A DNA stretch of 64,000 nt from Poseidonia sp. GTDB taxonomy: Archaea; Thermoplasmatota; Poseidoniia; Poseidoniales; Poseidoniaceae. Positions 17,092 through 29,021 of this stretch are shown one piece after another. A model generated the notes under the pieces. That model searched no databases, was not told where the DNA came from, and saw only the letters and a list, made by a program, of their open reading frames with translations. The stretch is taken from the NCBI GenBank assembly GCA_049627345.1, contig JBMZXF010000004.1, positions 17,957 through 81,956 on the forward strand, in the 5' to 3' direction. A program made the position numbers and the translations under genes. The stretch's first letter is position 1; the number at the start of each line of letters is the position of its first letter.

Positions 17092-20000
17092 TCAGTTGGG
17101 ATCGTAATCGATGACCGACGCCAGCCAGTACTCCACCTCGCGGCGGGCACATCCACGCCGCTTGGCTAGGTCCATCACCTGACCTTCGTCCACGCGATTC
17201 ACGGCAAAATAGGTCGCTTCGGGATGGGCAAAATACATGCCTGATACGCTGGCAGCAGGCCGAGTTGCACAGGATTCAGTCAACTCAAACCCGTGATCTT
17301 CTGCCCCGAGCAAGTCAAACAACGCTCGCTTATCGCTGTGGTCCGGACAAGCGGGATAACCGAAGGCAGGACGGATGGATCGGTAATCGGCGTTCATCAA
17401 GCGCTCATGCGTCATTGAGGCGTCATCGGGGAAGCCCCACGCGGCACGAATGCGTTGATGCAACGCTTCCGCCGAGGCTTCTGCGAGCCGATCGGCGATG
17501 GCCCTGACCATGATGGCATTGTAGTCATCGTGATCGTCTTCGTAGCGTTGTGCGAGGGCAGTTGCCCCGTGGATGGCCACAGCGAACGTACCAACATGGT
17601 CGGCGTGGTCGTGGCTCTCAGGGGCAATAAAATCCGCCAAACACCGATTGTGAGCCCCAACATCGCGTTGCTGCCGAAGGAAACTGAAGGTGTGTTCCCG
17701 TTCGCCTGTGACGATGAGATCCTCGCCTCGGGACCGTGCCGGCCAAAACCCTGCAATGGCTCTGACCTTCAAGCTGTTCTCAGCGATCACCTCGTTGAGC
17801 ATCCGTTGACCGTGTTCAAACAATTCGCGAGCAGCCTCACCTCGTTCAGGATGGTCGAGGATGCGGGGGTAGGTGCCTCGCATTTCCCACGCAGTGAAGA
17901 AGAAATTCCAATCGATGTAGGGCACGAGATCTTCGAGTTTGAGATCAAACGTACGTACGCCGAGGAAAGGTGGTGGTGGAGAGGTGGTGGCGTCAAAGGT
18001 GAGCAGGGGCCGCTTCATCCTCGCCTTCTCCAAGGTGAGCAACGGTTGGGCCATTTTTCGCTCAAACAGCGCTGTCAACCGCTTGTGTTCTTCCTGCAAG
18101 GTCGCCTTGAAGACTGAGCGACGCTCCTCGTCCAAAAGGTCGTTGAGCACCCCCGAGACCAAGGACGCGTCCTTGACGTGGACCACTTCGGAGGAGTAGG
18201 CCGGGTCGAGACGAACCGCCGTGTGTTGCCGAGAGGTTGTGGCACCTCCGATGAGCAGGGGCAGTGTCATGTTGCGTCGCTCCATCTCTTTCGCCACGCC
18301 AATCATTTCATCGAGCGACGGCGTGATCAAACCCGAGAGACCCACCACGTCGGCGTTGACCGCTTCGGCCTTGTCAAGAATGGTTGACATGGGCACCATC
18401 ACCCCAAGGTCGTGAACGGCGTAATTGTTGCACTGGAGCACGATGCTCACGATGTTCTTCCCGATGTCGTGAACATCCCCCTTCACGGTGGCCAGCACCA
18501 CGGTACCCCGAGTTTTCTTCTCCGAGGCCCCGTCATGCATGTGTGGTTCGAGCCAAGCCACCGCTTTCTTCATCACGCGAGCGCTTTTCACCACCTGAGG
18601 AAGAAACATCTTCCCCGAACCAAAGAGATCACCCACCACGTTCATCCCATCCATCAACGGGCCCTCGATCACCGAAAGGGCCTCTCCCATCAGCGCGTAA
18701 GCTTCCTCGACGTCGGCTTCAATGTGCTCCGTGATGCCATGAACCAGTGAATGGCTCAGGCGTTCGTGGACGTTGAGATCGCGCCATGCTTCCGACGCCA
18801 CCACCGTCGCAGTGCTGGCGGCAAAGTTCGCAGCATTGGCCACCAGACGTTCAGTGGATTCGGGATGGCGGTCAAACAGCACGTCCTCAACGAGGGTCAA
18901 CAAGGAGGCATCGATGTCCTGGTAGAGCGTCAAATGGGATGGATTCACAATGCCCATGGTCAGGCCGGCCTTGATGGCATGGTGAAGGAAGGATGCGTGC
19001 ATGGCTTGTCGGACTGGGTCGTTGCCGCGAAAAGAGAAGGACAGGTTGCTGATGCCTCCACTGACCATGGTGGTCGGGCATGCCGCTCGAATACGCCGGG
19101 TCGCCTCGATGAAGTTGATGGCGAAGGCGTTGTGCTCCTCCATTCCCGTGGCAACGGCGAGCACGTTGGGGTCGTGCACGATGTCGGACGGGTCAAAGCC
19201 CACCTTCTCCACGAGGAGTCGTTGAGCACGCAGGGCGATCTCGACCTTGCGTTCCACCGTCTCCGCTTGGCCTTGTTCATCGAAACCCATCACGATGACG
19301 GCTGCGCCGTACCGATGAATGGCCTTGGCCTGCTCAAGGAACACCGCTTCACCTTCCTTGAGGGAGATGGAATTGACCACGGGTTTACCCTGAATGCACT
19401 TGAGGCCCGCTTCGAGGACACTCCATTTTGACGAATCGATCATGATGGGCACGGAAGCAATCTCAGGTTCTGTGGCGATGATGTTGAGGAAGTTGGTCAT
19501 CATGGCTTCGCTGTCAATGAGGCCCTCGTCCATGTTGACGTCGATGAGGTTGGCACCGTTGCGCACCTGTTCTCGCGCAACGTCCACCGCAGCCTCAAGG
19601 TCGTTGGCGGTGATCAGACGACGAAACTTCGCAGAGCCCGTGATGTTGGTGCGTTCCCCGACCATGACCAGGTTCGATGAGGGGCGGACCACAAAAGCGT
19701 CCAGCCCAGCGTAGGTGGTCACCCTCGGCACCTCTTCGGGAACTCGCGGCTTCATCCCTTCCACCGCTGCTCGGATGGCGGCGATGTGCTCGGGCGTGGT
19801 GCCGCAACATCCGCCAACGAGGTTCAACAAACCGTCGTTGACGAGGGCTGCCACGTGAGCAGCGGTGATGGCGGGTGTTTCGTCAAATCCCGAGGGCGAG
19901 AGAGGGTTTGGCAATCCGGCGTTCGGATACAGGTGCGTGTTGATGTCCGAAATGGAAGCGAGCGTGGTCAACTTGCTTCGCAAGCCTGTGGCCCCCAGAC

Positions 20001-20739
20001 CGCAGTTCAGTCCAACGCTGAACGGCTTGGCGTGCCGAACGGTGGCCCAAAAGGCCTCCACGCTTTGACCAAACACGGTTCGGTCGCCCTCTTCTTGGAT
20101 GAAGGTCACGGAGATCATGATGGGCAAGGTGACGCCCGTTTGATCGAAGGCATCCAGCACGGCCTTGATGGCAGCCTTGGCGTTGAGCACGTCGAAAATG
20201 GTCTCGATGAGGACGATGTCGCAACCACCCTCGATGAGGGCGATGACCTGCTCGAGGTAGGCGGCATACACGTCATCCCACGAGGCGGCGCGCGACGAGG
20301 GGTCGTCCACATCGGATGAGGCAGAAAGGGTGACGTTGGTCGGCCCCACGGCACCTGCCACCCAGGCCGGTTGGCCGGTGGCCTCACGGTGAGCGTCCAC
20401 GGCTTCACGGGCCAGTCGAGCGGAAGCCAAATTCATCTCGCGAGCGCGGTGGCTCAACCCGTACTCGGCTTGTGCAATGGCGGTCGCCCCGAAGGTGTTG
20501 GTTTCCACGATATCGGCGCCCGCAGCGAGGTACTGCGCGTGGATGTCCCGAATGACATCGGAGCGGGAGATGGAAAGCATCTCGTTGTTGCCCTTGAGGT
20601 CCGTAGGGTGTTCTGTAAGGGCAGCATCTCGGAAGTCAGCTTCCTCCAAACCCACCTGCTGAATCATGGTGCCCATCGCCCCGTCAATGATGACGATGCG
20701 CTGGTTCGCCAGCGCCCTCAACTCGTTGACCGAATCCAT
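17092..20739 (-). CDS. metH: Cobalamin-dependent methionine synthase (full four-module MetH)
   Basis: [20 protein letters not shown] (pterin domain), GDVHDIGKN...GLSGL (B12 binding) and [12 protein letters not shown] (reactivation domain). Confidence 0.97.
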   Translation of the reverse strand: MDSVNELRALANQRIVIIDGAMGTMIQQVGLEEADFRDAALTEHPTDLKGNNEMLSISRSDVIRDIHAQYLAAGADIVETNTFGATAIAQAEYGLSHRAREMNLASARLAREAVDAHREATGQPAWVAGAVGPTNVTLSASSDVDDPSSRAASWDDVYAAYLEQVIALIEGGCDIVLIETIFDVLNAKAAIKAVLDAFDQTGVTLPIMISVTFIQEEGDRTVFGQSVEAFWATVRHAKPFSVGLNCGLGATGLRSKLTTLASISDINTHLYPNAGLPNPLSPSGFDETPAITAAHVAALVNDGLLNLVGGCCGTTPEHIAAIRAAVEGMKPRVPEEVPRVTTYAGLDAFVVRPSSNLVMVGERTNITGSAKFRRLITANDLEAAVDVAREQVRNGANLIDVNMDEGLIDSEAMMTNFLNIIATEPEIASVPIMIDSSKWSVLEAGLKCIQGKPVVNSISLKEGEAVFLEQAKAIHRYGAAVIVMGFDEQGQAETVERKVEIALRAQRLLVEKVGFDPSDIVHDPNVLAVATGMEEHNAFAINFIEATRRIRAACPTTMVSGGISNLSFSFRGNDPVRQAMHASFLHHAIKAGLTMGIVNPSHLTLYQDIDASLLTLVEDVLFDRHPESTERLVANAANFAASTATVVASEAWRDLNVHERLSHSLVHGITEHIEADVEEAYALMGEALSVIEGPLMDGMNVVGDLFGSGKMFLPQVVKSARVMKKAVAWLEPHMHDGASEKKTRGTVVLATVKGDVHDIGKNIVSIVLQCNNYAVHDLGVMVPMSTILDKAEAVNADVVGLSGLITPSLDEMIGVAKEMERRNMTLPLLIGGATTSRQHTAVRLDPAYSSEVVHVKDASLVSGVLNDLLDEERRSVFKATLQEEHKRLTALFERKMAQPLLTLEKARMKRPLLTFDATTSPPPPFLGVRTFDLKLEDLVPYIDWNFFFTAWEMRGTYPRILDHPERGEAARELFEHGQRMLNEVIAENSLKVRAIAGFWPARSRGEDLIVTGEREHTFSFLRQQRDVGAHNRCLADFIAPESHDHADHVGTFAVAIHGATALAQRYEDDHDDYNAIMVRAIADRLAEASAEALHQRIRAAWGFPDDASMTHERLMNADYRSIRPAFGYPACPDHSDKRALFDLLGAEDHGFELTESCATRPAASVSGMYFAHPEATYFAVNRVDEGQVMDLAKRRGCARREVEYWLASVIDYDPN

Positions 20740-20743
20740 GCCC

Positions 20744-21697
20744 TCATCCTCGCATGCGGTGAATCAGTTGGTTGAAGACACGACTGTTGTTCATGGTGAA
20801 GAAGTGGATGCCCGGCACGCCGGAAGCCAGCAGTTCTCTTGTTTGCGTTTCAGCGTGGTTCAAGCCAACCTCCACCACCTCTTCATCGCTCGAGCACGCC
20901 TTGACGGCTTCAACCAAGGAAGGCGGCATCACCGTATGGAAAATAGCGGGAAGGACCTCGAGCTGACGCTTGGACGTGAGCACCTTGATGCCTGGAACGA
21001 TGGGGACGTCGATGCCCGCTTCACGGCATGCGTCAACAAAGCGGAAGAAGGCGGCGTTATCGAAAAACATCTGCGTGATGATGAACGATGCACCCGCGTC
21101 AACCTTGCGTTTGAGGTTCGCCACATCGCTGGCCATGTCGCTGGCTTCAGCATGCACTTCGGGATAACCGGCAACACCGATGGAGAAATCGGTGGGCCGA
21201 GCATCGTTGACGCCCTCCAGATAATCGCCATGGTTCAGTCGTACGATGTGCTCAACGAGTTGATTGGCATGGGCGTATCCCTGAGGATGCGGCACGAAGT
21301 GGGGGTCGTTTTTGTCGGCGTCGCCACGAAGGGCAAGCACGTGCTTGAGCCCCAAGTAATCGAGTTCAACGAGGTAATCTTCTGAATCAAACTTGGAAAA
21401 CCCGCCGCAGATGACATGCGGCATGACGTTGAGCCCGTATTGAAATTTGAGCATGGCACACACACCCAGCGCTCCTGGATTTTTTCGGTTCCACACCCAC
21501 TCAGGGCCGTGCTCACCTTGAACCTCCACTCGGTGGGCTCGGTGGTACGTCACGCTCACAAACGCTGGTTTCCAACCATCCAAGCCACGGAAGAACTCGT
21601 GGATGTTGCTGAGGCCGAGACCGCGATTGGGAGGCAAAATCTCAACGGAGAAGGGCAGCCCTGCTTCGCAGGTCTTGAACATCTCCGTGAGGTGCAT
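20744..21697 (-). CDS. metF: 5,10-methylenetetrahydrofolate reductase
   Basis: [37 protein letters not shown] and IHFFTMN. Start placed at MHLTEMF (21697), 24 nt below a TTAAAT box; the ORF is open in frame to 21868. Confidence 0.92.
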   Translation of the reverse strand: MHLTEMFKTCEAGLPFSVEILPPNRGLGLSNIHEFFRGLDGWKPAFVSVTYHRAHRVEVQGEHGPEWVWNRKNPGALGVCAMLKFQYGLNVMPHVICGGFSKFDSEDYLVELDYLGLKHVLALRGDADKNDPHFVPHPQGYAHANQLVEHIVRLNHGDYLEGVNDARPTDFSIGVAGYPEVHAEASDMASDVANLKRKVDAGASFIITQMFFDNAAFFRFVDACREAGIDVPIVPGIKVLTSKRQLEVLPAIFHTVMPPSLVEAVKACSSDEEVVEVGLNHAETQTRELLASGVPGIHFFTMNNSRVFNQLIHRMRG

Positions 21698-21720
21698 GAG
21701 GCTTGCGAAGTCCGAGTCCC

Positions 21721-21726
21721 ATTTAA
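21721..21726 (-). promoter_or_regulatory. Putative TATA box (TTAAAT) for a leaderless metF-metH transcript
   Basis: Minus strand GGCTTAAATGGG lies 24-29 nt before ATG 21697, similar to the spacing seen before crcB, mrp and the 10953 gene. Confidence 0.45.
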
Positions 21727-21780
21727 GCCTGTGATTCAACACAGCGCCGCTCAGGTCGCCCACGGGAGTCATGGATCCTT

Positions 21781-21885
21781 CAATCGTGCGTGAGAATCGT
21801 TCCGTCATACGCGTGTGAAATCCTTCGGTCATGCGTGCGAATCGTTCCGTCATACGTGTGAAATCCATCTTTCATGCGTGTGTGA
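21781..21885. repeat. Imperfect tandem array of five 21-25 bp units with a 45-bp higher-order period
   Basis: Units start at 21781, 21806, 21830, 21851 and 21873, with core CATRCG(C/T)GYG (degenerate in the first unit). The exact 18-mer GAATCGTTCCGTCATACG occurs at 21794 and 21839. Confidence 0.9.
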
Positions 21886-21969
21886 TAGACACGCCATGGT
21901 TTCAATGGGTTTATATCGGTCAGCGCCGCCCCGACTACATAACCGATGGTTAAGTAGTGGTGTTGGGCG

Positions 21970-22656
21970 ATGGCAGACGACTGGGAGGACGACTTGTTGG
22001 ATAAACTCGAAGAGATGCTCCGAAACATGGGCATGCCCATCAATCGAGAACAACTCAAGGGCTTCATGAACCAGTTCAAAGACCAGTTCGATGCCCTCGG
22101 CATCAACCCCGAAAAAATTGCCAAGGGTGAGGTTAATTTCAACTTCGACATTTCCGACATCTCAAAGATGTTCAACGCTGGCACCTCCGTGGAGGACCTG
22201 TTCAAGAATTTGGGCATGGACATTCGCGTGGATGCTGCCCCGGTCGAGATGGATCCCTCGGCCCTGGAAGACAACGACGATGAGACCGTCAAACTCCCCG
22301 CAGAGGATGTTTACCTCGACGGTTGGAACATGTCGGTCACCCTCGATTTTGCGCTCAAAGGCGACATTAAATCCGAACACCTTGAAATTGAACTCATCAA
22401 GAACGGTTCGCAAATTGAAATCATGCGCAGCACCCAACCCAAGCCCTTGGCGTTGGTGGAGCTTCCCCATCCCTGCGACGACGTGGTGGATTGGACCCTG
22501 AACAACGGCATTCTCGACATCACCCTGAAACTGACGCCTCAAGGCAAGGCGTTGGAGACGGAGGATGACGATTCCCTCCCTGCCCCGGGGGAGGTGAGCA
22601 TCGACCTCGGCGACGACGACGATGACGAAGACGACGGTGGCATCCCCATCTTTTGA
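21970..22656 (+). CDS. Hsp20/alpha-crystallin-like small heat shock protein (divergent)
   Basis: Acidic protein with C-terminal [22 protein letters not shown] (alpha-crystallin NG.L.I motif); lies directly upstream of dnaK. Confidence 0.7.
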   Translation: MADDWEDDLLDKLEEMLRNMGMPINREQLKGFMNQFKDQFDALGINPEKIAKGEVNFNFDISDISKMFNAGTSVEDLFKNLGMDIRVDAAPVEMDPSALEDNDDETVKLPAEDVYLDGWNMSVTLDFALKGDIKSEHLEIELIKNGSQIEIMRSTQPKPLALVELPHPCDDVVDWTLNNGILDITLKLTPQGKALETEDDDSLPAPGEVSIDLGDDDDDEDDGGIPIF

Positions 22657-22670
22657 AGGACGTGAACACA

Positions 22671-24554
<1,884 letters not shown>

Positions 24555-24610
24555 ACCCGAGCCAGAGCCTCAAGCGCTTGGCTTATGGGGAAGGGGTCGG
24601 TGGACGGCGC

Positions 24611-26206
24611 ATGAGCGAAGTCCCCATTCTCAAGGAGACGACGCGAACCACCGGCCGTGAAGCCCTTCGCAACAACATCACGGCCGCCATGGCACTTGCC
24701 GGCGCCGTTCGGACCACGCTGGGACCGCTTGGCCAGGACAAGTTGCTCATCGACGACGAAGGGCGAACGATGGTCACCAACGACGGCGTCACCGTCCTTG
24801 AATCGGCCAAGGTCGAGCACCCCGTGGCTCGCATGCTCATCAACGCCTCCACCACCCAAGACCGAATCGCACGCGACGGAACGACCAGTGCCGTGCTTCT
24901 CTCAGCAGAATTGCTCCAGAACGCCTGGGAGTTGGTGCTGCAGGGCGTTCACCCTTCGGCCATTGCACGAGGCTATCGCCTCGCCGAGGAAGCGTGCAGG
25001 CAACATTTCGAGACATTGGTCATTGATGCCACCGAGCCCCACATGATGGCCGCCGCCACAACCTCGCTCTCAGGAAAGATTCACCGGGCCATGCAGGAGC
25101 ACCTCGCTGGCCTTGCCATCGAAGCAGCAAATGCGGTGGCTGAAGAACGCTCGGACGGTGTGCTCGCCGACCCAACTCGTGTGAAAATTTTGACCCAAAC
25201 GGGTGGAAGCATGACGGACTCTTCGCTCATCACCGGACTGGTGCTGGCCAAAAAGAGGGTCACGGACCGCATGCCAAAGTCGCTGGCATCGGGCAAGGTT
25301 GCGCTGGTTGACGGTGGTCTCGAACGACGGGAAATGATGAGCAAGGTCAAACTCAACGTGGCCAGCACCGGTGTGTTGGAAACCTTCCGACAGCAAGAAA
25401 AAACAATGCTGTTGGACCAAATCAACCATCTGGTTGACCTCGGTGTTACGCTGCTCGCCTGCAAGGAAGGCATCGATGACGATGTTCATGCGGCCCTGAC
25501 CGACGCCGGCATCCAGGCCTATCGTCGCGTGGCTCGTTCCGACCTCGATCTCCTGGCTCGTGGAACGAACGCCACCCTCAACAACGATGTCAAGGGACTC
25601 ACGGCCTCCGACTTGGGCGTGTTCATCGCCAGCCGTAACGAACGGTGGAACGGCGTCATGCACTGGATCGTCGAAACCGAAGAAGGCGGGGCGACGTTCA
25701 TCGCCAAGGGTTCAACCAACGAAACCGTCGGTGAAGTTGAGCGATGTTTCGCCGACGCGCTCGGTGTGGCATGTCAACTTCTCGAAGAGCCGCACCTGCT
25801 CGCTGGGGGCGGAGCGACGCAGATCGCCCTTGCCCGATATTTGCGACGCTTCGCCGAAGGTTTCGCCGGCCGCGAACAACTGGCGATCGAAGCCTTCGCC
25901 GACGCCCTTGAAATCATTCCACGCACCCTCGCTCAAAACGCGGGGCTCGACCCGTTGGATTCGCTGCTCCAAACGGTCGCCAAACAGAGCACGCACGAGG
26001 GCCCTCATGCCCACCACATCGGTTTGAACGTGGAAGACAAATCACCCTCAAACATGGTTGAAGATGGCATCGTGGAACCGTTGCGCATCACACGCCAAGT
26101 GTTGGCTGGCGCCACGGAAGCCGCCCTCTCCGTCCTTCGCATTGACGACGTGTTGTGGGCCAAGCAGGACCCTTCGATTCCAGAGATGCCCGACGAAGAG
26201 GATTGA
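24611..26206 (+). CDS. Group II chaperonin (thermosome-family) subunit, divergent paralogue
   Basis: TTLGPLGQDK, TNDGVTVL, DGTTSA, AGGGA, FADALEIIPRTLAQNAG and LRIDD. Confidence 0.9.
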   Translation: MSEVPILKETTRTTGREALRNNITAAMALAGAVRTTLGPLGQDKLLIDDEGRTMVTNDGVTVLESAKVEHPVARMLINASTTQDRIARDGTTSAVLLSAELLQNAWELVLQGVHPSAIARGYRLAEEACRQHFETLVIDATEPHMMAAATTSLSGKIHRAMQEHLAGLAIEAANAVAEERSDGVLADPTRVKILTQTGGSMTDSSLITGLVLAKKRVTDRMPKSLASGKVALVDGGLERREMMSKVKLNVASTGVLETFRQQEKTMLLDQINHLVDLGVTLLACKEGIDDDVHAALTDAGIQAYRRVARSDLDLLARGTNATLNNDVKGLTASDLGVFIASRNERWNGVMHWIVETEEGGATFIAKGSTNETVGEVERCFADALGVACQLLEEPHLLAGGGATQIALARYLRRFAEGFAGREQLAIEAFADALEIIPRTLAQNAGLDPLDSLLQTVAKQSTHEGPHAHHIGLNVEDKSPSNMVEDGIVEPLRITRQVLAGATEAALSVLRIDDVLWAKQDPSIPEMPDEED

Positions 26207-26256
26207 TGGGCCCATGGTTGAAACCTGTCCTTCATATACTGAAGGTCCGAGGAACA

Positions 26257-27831
26257 ATGGTGTCCGAAGAAAGTAACACCCCTGTCGGCATTGACGACAT
26301 TGCGATTCATTTTCCTCGCCTCTACATGGACATGAAGGACTTCGCTGACCTTCGAGGAGCGGACTACGGGAAGCTCAGCAAAGGCCTCGGCCTTGAAGCC
26401 ATGGCCATCCCTGATGTTCACGAGGACACCGCCACCATGGGCGCCATGGCCGTGATGCAACTCATCGACCGGAACGGCCTCGACCCGAGGACCATCGGTC
26501 GCATGTACCTCGGTACTGAATCGGCGCTTGACGGCGCAAAACCAACGGCGACCTACATCGTCGACATGCTGACCCAGCGCTACGCCGAACGCTTTGGCGA
26601 GGATTGCTTCCGCACCTGCGACGTGGTCGACATGACCTTTGCGTGCATTGGCGCCGTTGACGCCCTCCACACCACGTTGGACTGGGTGGCACGCTCCAGT
26701 GAGAACGACGAGCGCTTGGGCATCGTGATTTTCTCTGATAACGCCAAGTATGCGCTGGAATCCTCCGGCGAGTACACACAGGGCGCAGGCGGTGGAGCCT
26801 TGCTCATTCGCCGCCACCCGCGCCTGCTCGAAATCCCCGACTGCATCGGTGTCTCAACCACGCCGGTCCACGATTTCTTCAAGCCCCGACGAGAAGTGTC
26901 CATTCGCTCCGTCATTTCCAACGTGATTCAACTTGCCCAGGAAGCCGGGCAGACCGTGAAGAAAGGCCTCGTTGACCGGATGATTCGCCACCTGCCGAAA
27001 TCCACGGTCAGGAAACTCGGCATCTTCGCCCACGGTGAAGAAAAGGTCAGCGTCCACCGGGACGACCCCGTGTTCGACGGCCAATTCTCCAACCTCTGCT
27101 ACCAAAACGCTGTTCGCCAGGCCTTCTTTGACTTCAGCAACAAAGCCGAGCGGGCTGGACGCATCGATCCAACGGCGGATGACCCGTTCACCGAGCAATG
27201 GTCTCGCATCATCATGCACTTGCCCTACGCCTACCAAGCCAAGCGGATGTTCCCCGACGTGTTTCGGCACGACCGTGAGCACACGCCGATGTGGGAGGAC
27301 GTGGTGGCCCAGATCGGCCCCATGCCAGAACGCCCAGCCTCCGACGACGAGGAGATGTTGGCGGCTTGGGAAAAGGAAAAGGACGCCTACCGTCGCAACA
27401 TTTCGAAAACCACCCAGTACACGCAATTTCACGCAGAGCGCATCGAGAAAGGTCAGCGTGCGAGCAGCCTGATCGGTAACCAGTACACCGGTTCCATCTT
27501 CCTTGCGCTGATGTCGACGTTTGAATCCGACCTCGAAGACAACAGCAACCTCGACAACACCTTGTTCGGCATGTGTGGCTACGGCTCTGGAGCCAAGGCC
27601 AAGGTCTTCGAAGGGAAGGTTAACCCTCGCTGGCGAGAGGTCGTTGCCACCTGGCGCTTGTTTGAGCGACTCGCAGGACGCATGGCGATTGACCACGTCA
27701 CCTACGAAAACCTCCACAAGGGCACCCAAGACAACAGCGTGATTGAGCCCAAGGGCGAATTCGCGCTGGTGGACATCGGTGAAGAAGGCGTTGAGGAAGG
27801 GGCACGACGCTATCGCTGGATCAAAGCTTGA
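26257..27831 (+). CDS. Hydroxymethylglutaryl-CoA synthase (bacterial type, with insertions)
   Basis: GTES (Glu), FACIGA (Cys), EYTQGAG, DFFKP, MHLPY (His), IGNQYTGS and GYGSG. Confidence 0.9.
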   Translation: MVSEESNTPVGIDDIAIHFPRLYMDMKDFADLRGADYGKLSKGLGLEAMAIPDVHEDTATMGAMAVMQLIDRNGLDPRTIGRMYLGTESALDGAKPTATYIVDMLTQRYAERFGEDCFRTCDVVDMTFACIGAVDALHTTLDWVARSSENDERLGIVIFSDNAKYALESSGEYTQGAGGGALLIRRHPRLLEIPDCIGVSTTPVHDFFKPRREVSIRSVISNVIQLAQEAGQTVKKGLVDRMIRHLPKSTVRKLGIFAHGEEKVSVHRDDPVFDGQFSNLCYQNAVRQAFFDFSNKAERAGRIDPTADDPFTEQWSRIIMHLPYAYQAKRMFPDVFRHDREHTPMWEDVVAQIGPMPERPASDDEEMLAAWEKEKDAYRRNISKTTQYTQFHAERIEKGQRASSLIGNQYTGSIFLALMSTFESDLEDNSNLDNTLFGMCGYGSGAKAKVFEGKVNPRWREVVATWRLFERLAGRMAIDHVTYENLHKGTQDNSVIEPKGEFALVDIGEEGVEEGARRYRWIKA

Positions 27832-27834
27832 ACC

Positions 27835-28887
27835 TCAGAAGTCAAGCACGATTTTCCCGCAGTTGCCTTCCATGGCCAACTGAACGGCTTGCTCGAATTC
27901 GTCAATGCCCATGCGGTGGGTCACGACTTTGTCCACGTCGATGAGGCCTCGCTCCAGCAAGTCGTGCATGGTGTCCCATGTTGACCACATCTTCCGACCG
28001 TTGATGCCCTTGAGGTGCAAGTAGCGGAACACGACCTCGTTCATGGGCACCTCTGGGGTGCCGCCACCGTACACGGACAGGACGTTGACATAACCTCCCA
28101 TCCGGGTGGAGTGAATGGCGTTGGAAAGGGCCGAGGCAGCCCCCGAAAACTCGCAGCTGTTGTCCACGCCGCGCCCTTCGGTTGCTTCGAGGATGCTGGC
28201 GACCACGTCGTGGTCTTTCCCAAGCACAAGGTCGGCACCGAGTTCCTCTGCGAGCGCCATGCGGTAGGTGTTGTCCCAGTCCACGGCGATGACCTTGGCA
28301 GCACCCATGGCTTTGGCGGCGTTCACGGCGAACAACCCGATGGGGCCCAGACCGTGAACAGCGACCGTCGCTCCCTCGACGGGACCTCCCGTCAGGGTGT
28401 GGATGGCATTGCCCAAGGGATCCTGAATGGAGGCATGACCGGGGTCAAGGCCGTTGGGAACATGACGAGCGTTGACCGCCGGGACCACGAAGTACGGCGC
28501 AAAGGCCCCGTGGCCGTGGACGCCGAAAATCGACCCGTTTTCACAAACATGAGCGTTGCCTTCCTCGCAACGAGGGCAATTCCAGCAGGCGAGATGACAC
28601 TCAACGGCGATGAGGTCGCCGACCTGGTGGGATGAAACGCCTTCGCCCACGGCCACCACCGTCCCGCTGGTTTCGTGCCCGGTGACGGTGCCAAGGGGAA
28701 CATTCTCCTGACTCCACTGGTCCCATTTCCAGATGTGAAGGTCCGTGCCACAAACCGAGGTGGATTGGGTCTTGATGAGGACTTCACCAGCGGCCGGCGA
28801 AGGCACGGCGTGTTCTTCCTTGGAGAAGCCACCAACTTCGGCACGGGTCTTGGTCCATGCCGTCATGGTTGCAGGTACCGATGCCAT
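27835..28887 (-). CDS. tdh: L-threonine 3-dehydrogenase (Zn-dependent MDR)
   Basis: VCGTDLHIWKWD.WS, GHE, structural Zn site CWNCPRC..C, GLGPIGL, GINGRKMWSTW and CGKIVL. Confidence 0.85.
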   Translation of the reverse strand: MASVPATMTAWTKTRAEVGGFSKEEHAVPSPAAGEVLIKTQSTSVCGTDLHIWKWDQWSQENVPLGTVTGHETSGTVVAVGEGVSSHQVGDLIAVECHLACWNCPRCEEGNAHVCENGSIFGVHGHGAFAPYFVVPAVNARHVPNGLDPGHASIQDPLGNAIHTLTGGPVEGATVAVHGLGPIGLFAVNAAKAMGAAKVIAVDWDNTYRMALAEELGADLVLGKDHDVVASILEATEGRGVDNSCEFSGAASALSNAIHSTRMGGYVNVLSVYGGGTPEVPMNEVVFRYLHLKGINGRKMWSTWDTMHDLLERGLIDVDKVVTHRMGIDEFEQAVQLAMEGNCGKIVLDF

Positions 28888-29021
28888 GGTCCGCCCTCGG
28901 TGGATTGTTTGTCGGACGCCTTTTCATCCTTCGCTCACCTTGTCTTGGGGGGGCGATTGGCAGGATGGTTCGGTATGTTGATTAGGTAGGCGCGACGGCC
29001 TAAAAGCCCGTTGATGTTGCA

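Noticed and set aside
21715..21770. SAH- or SAM-II-like riboswitch in the metF upstream region (GAGCGGCGCTG...CAGGCTT hairpin)
   Set aside because: Only a partial resemblance; the pseudoknot partner sequence is absent and the 3' arm coincides with the putative TATA box.
21781..21885. Mini-CRISPR interpretation of the repeat array
   Set aside because: The units are too short, the spacers are repeated rather than unique, and there are no cas genes in the window.
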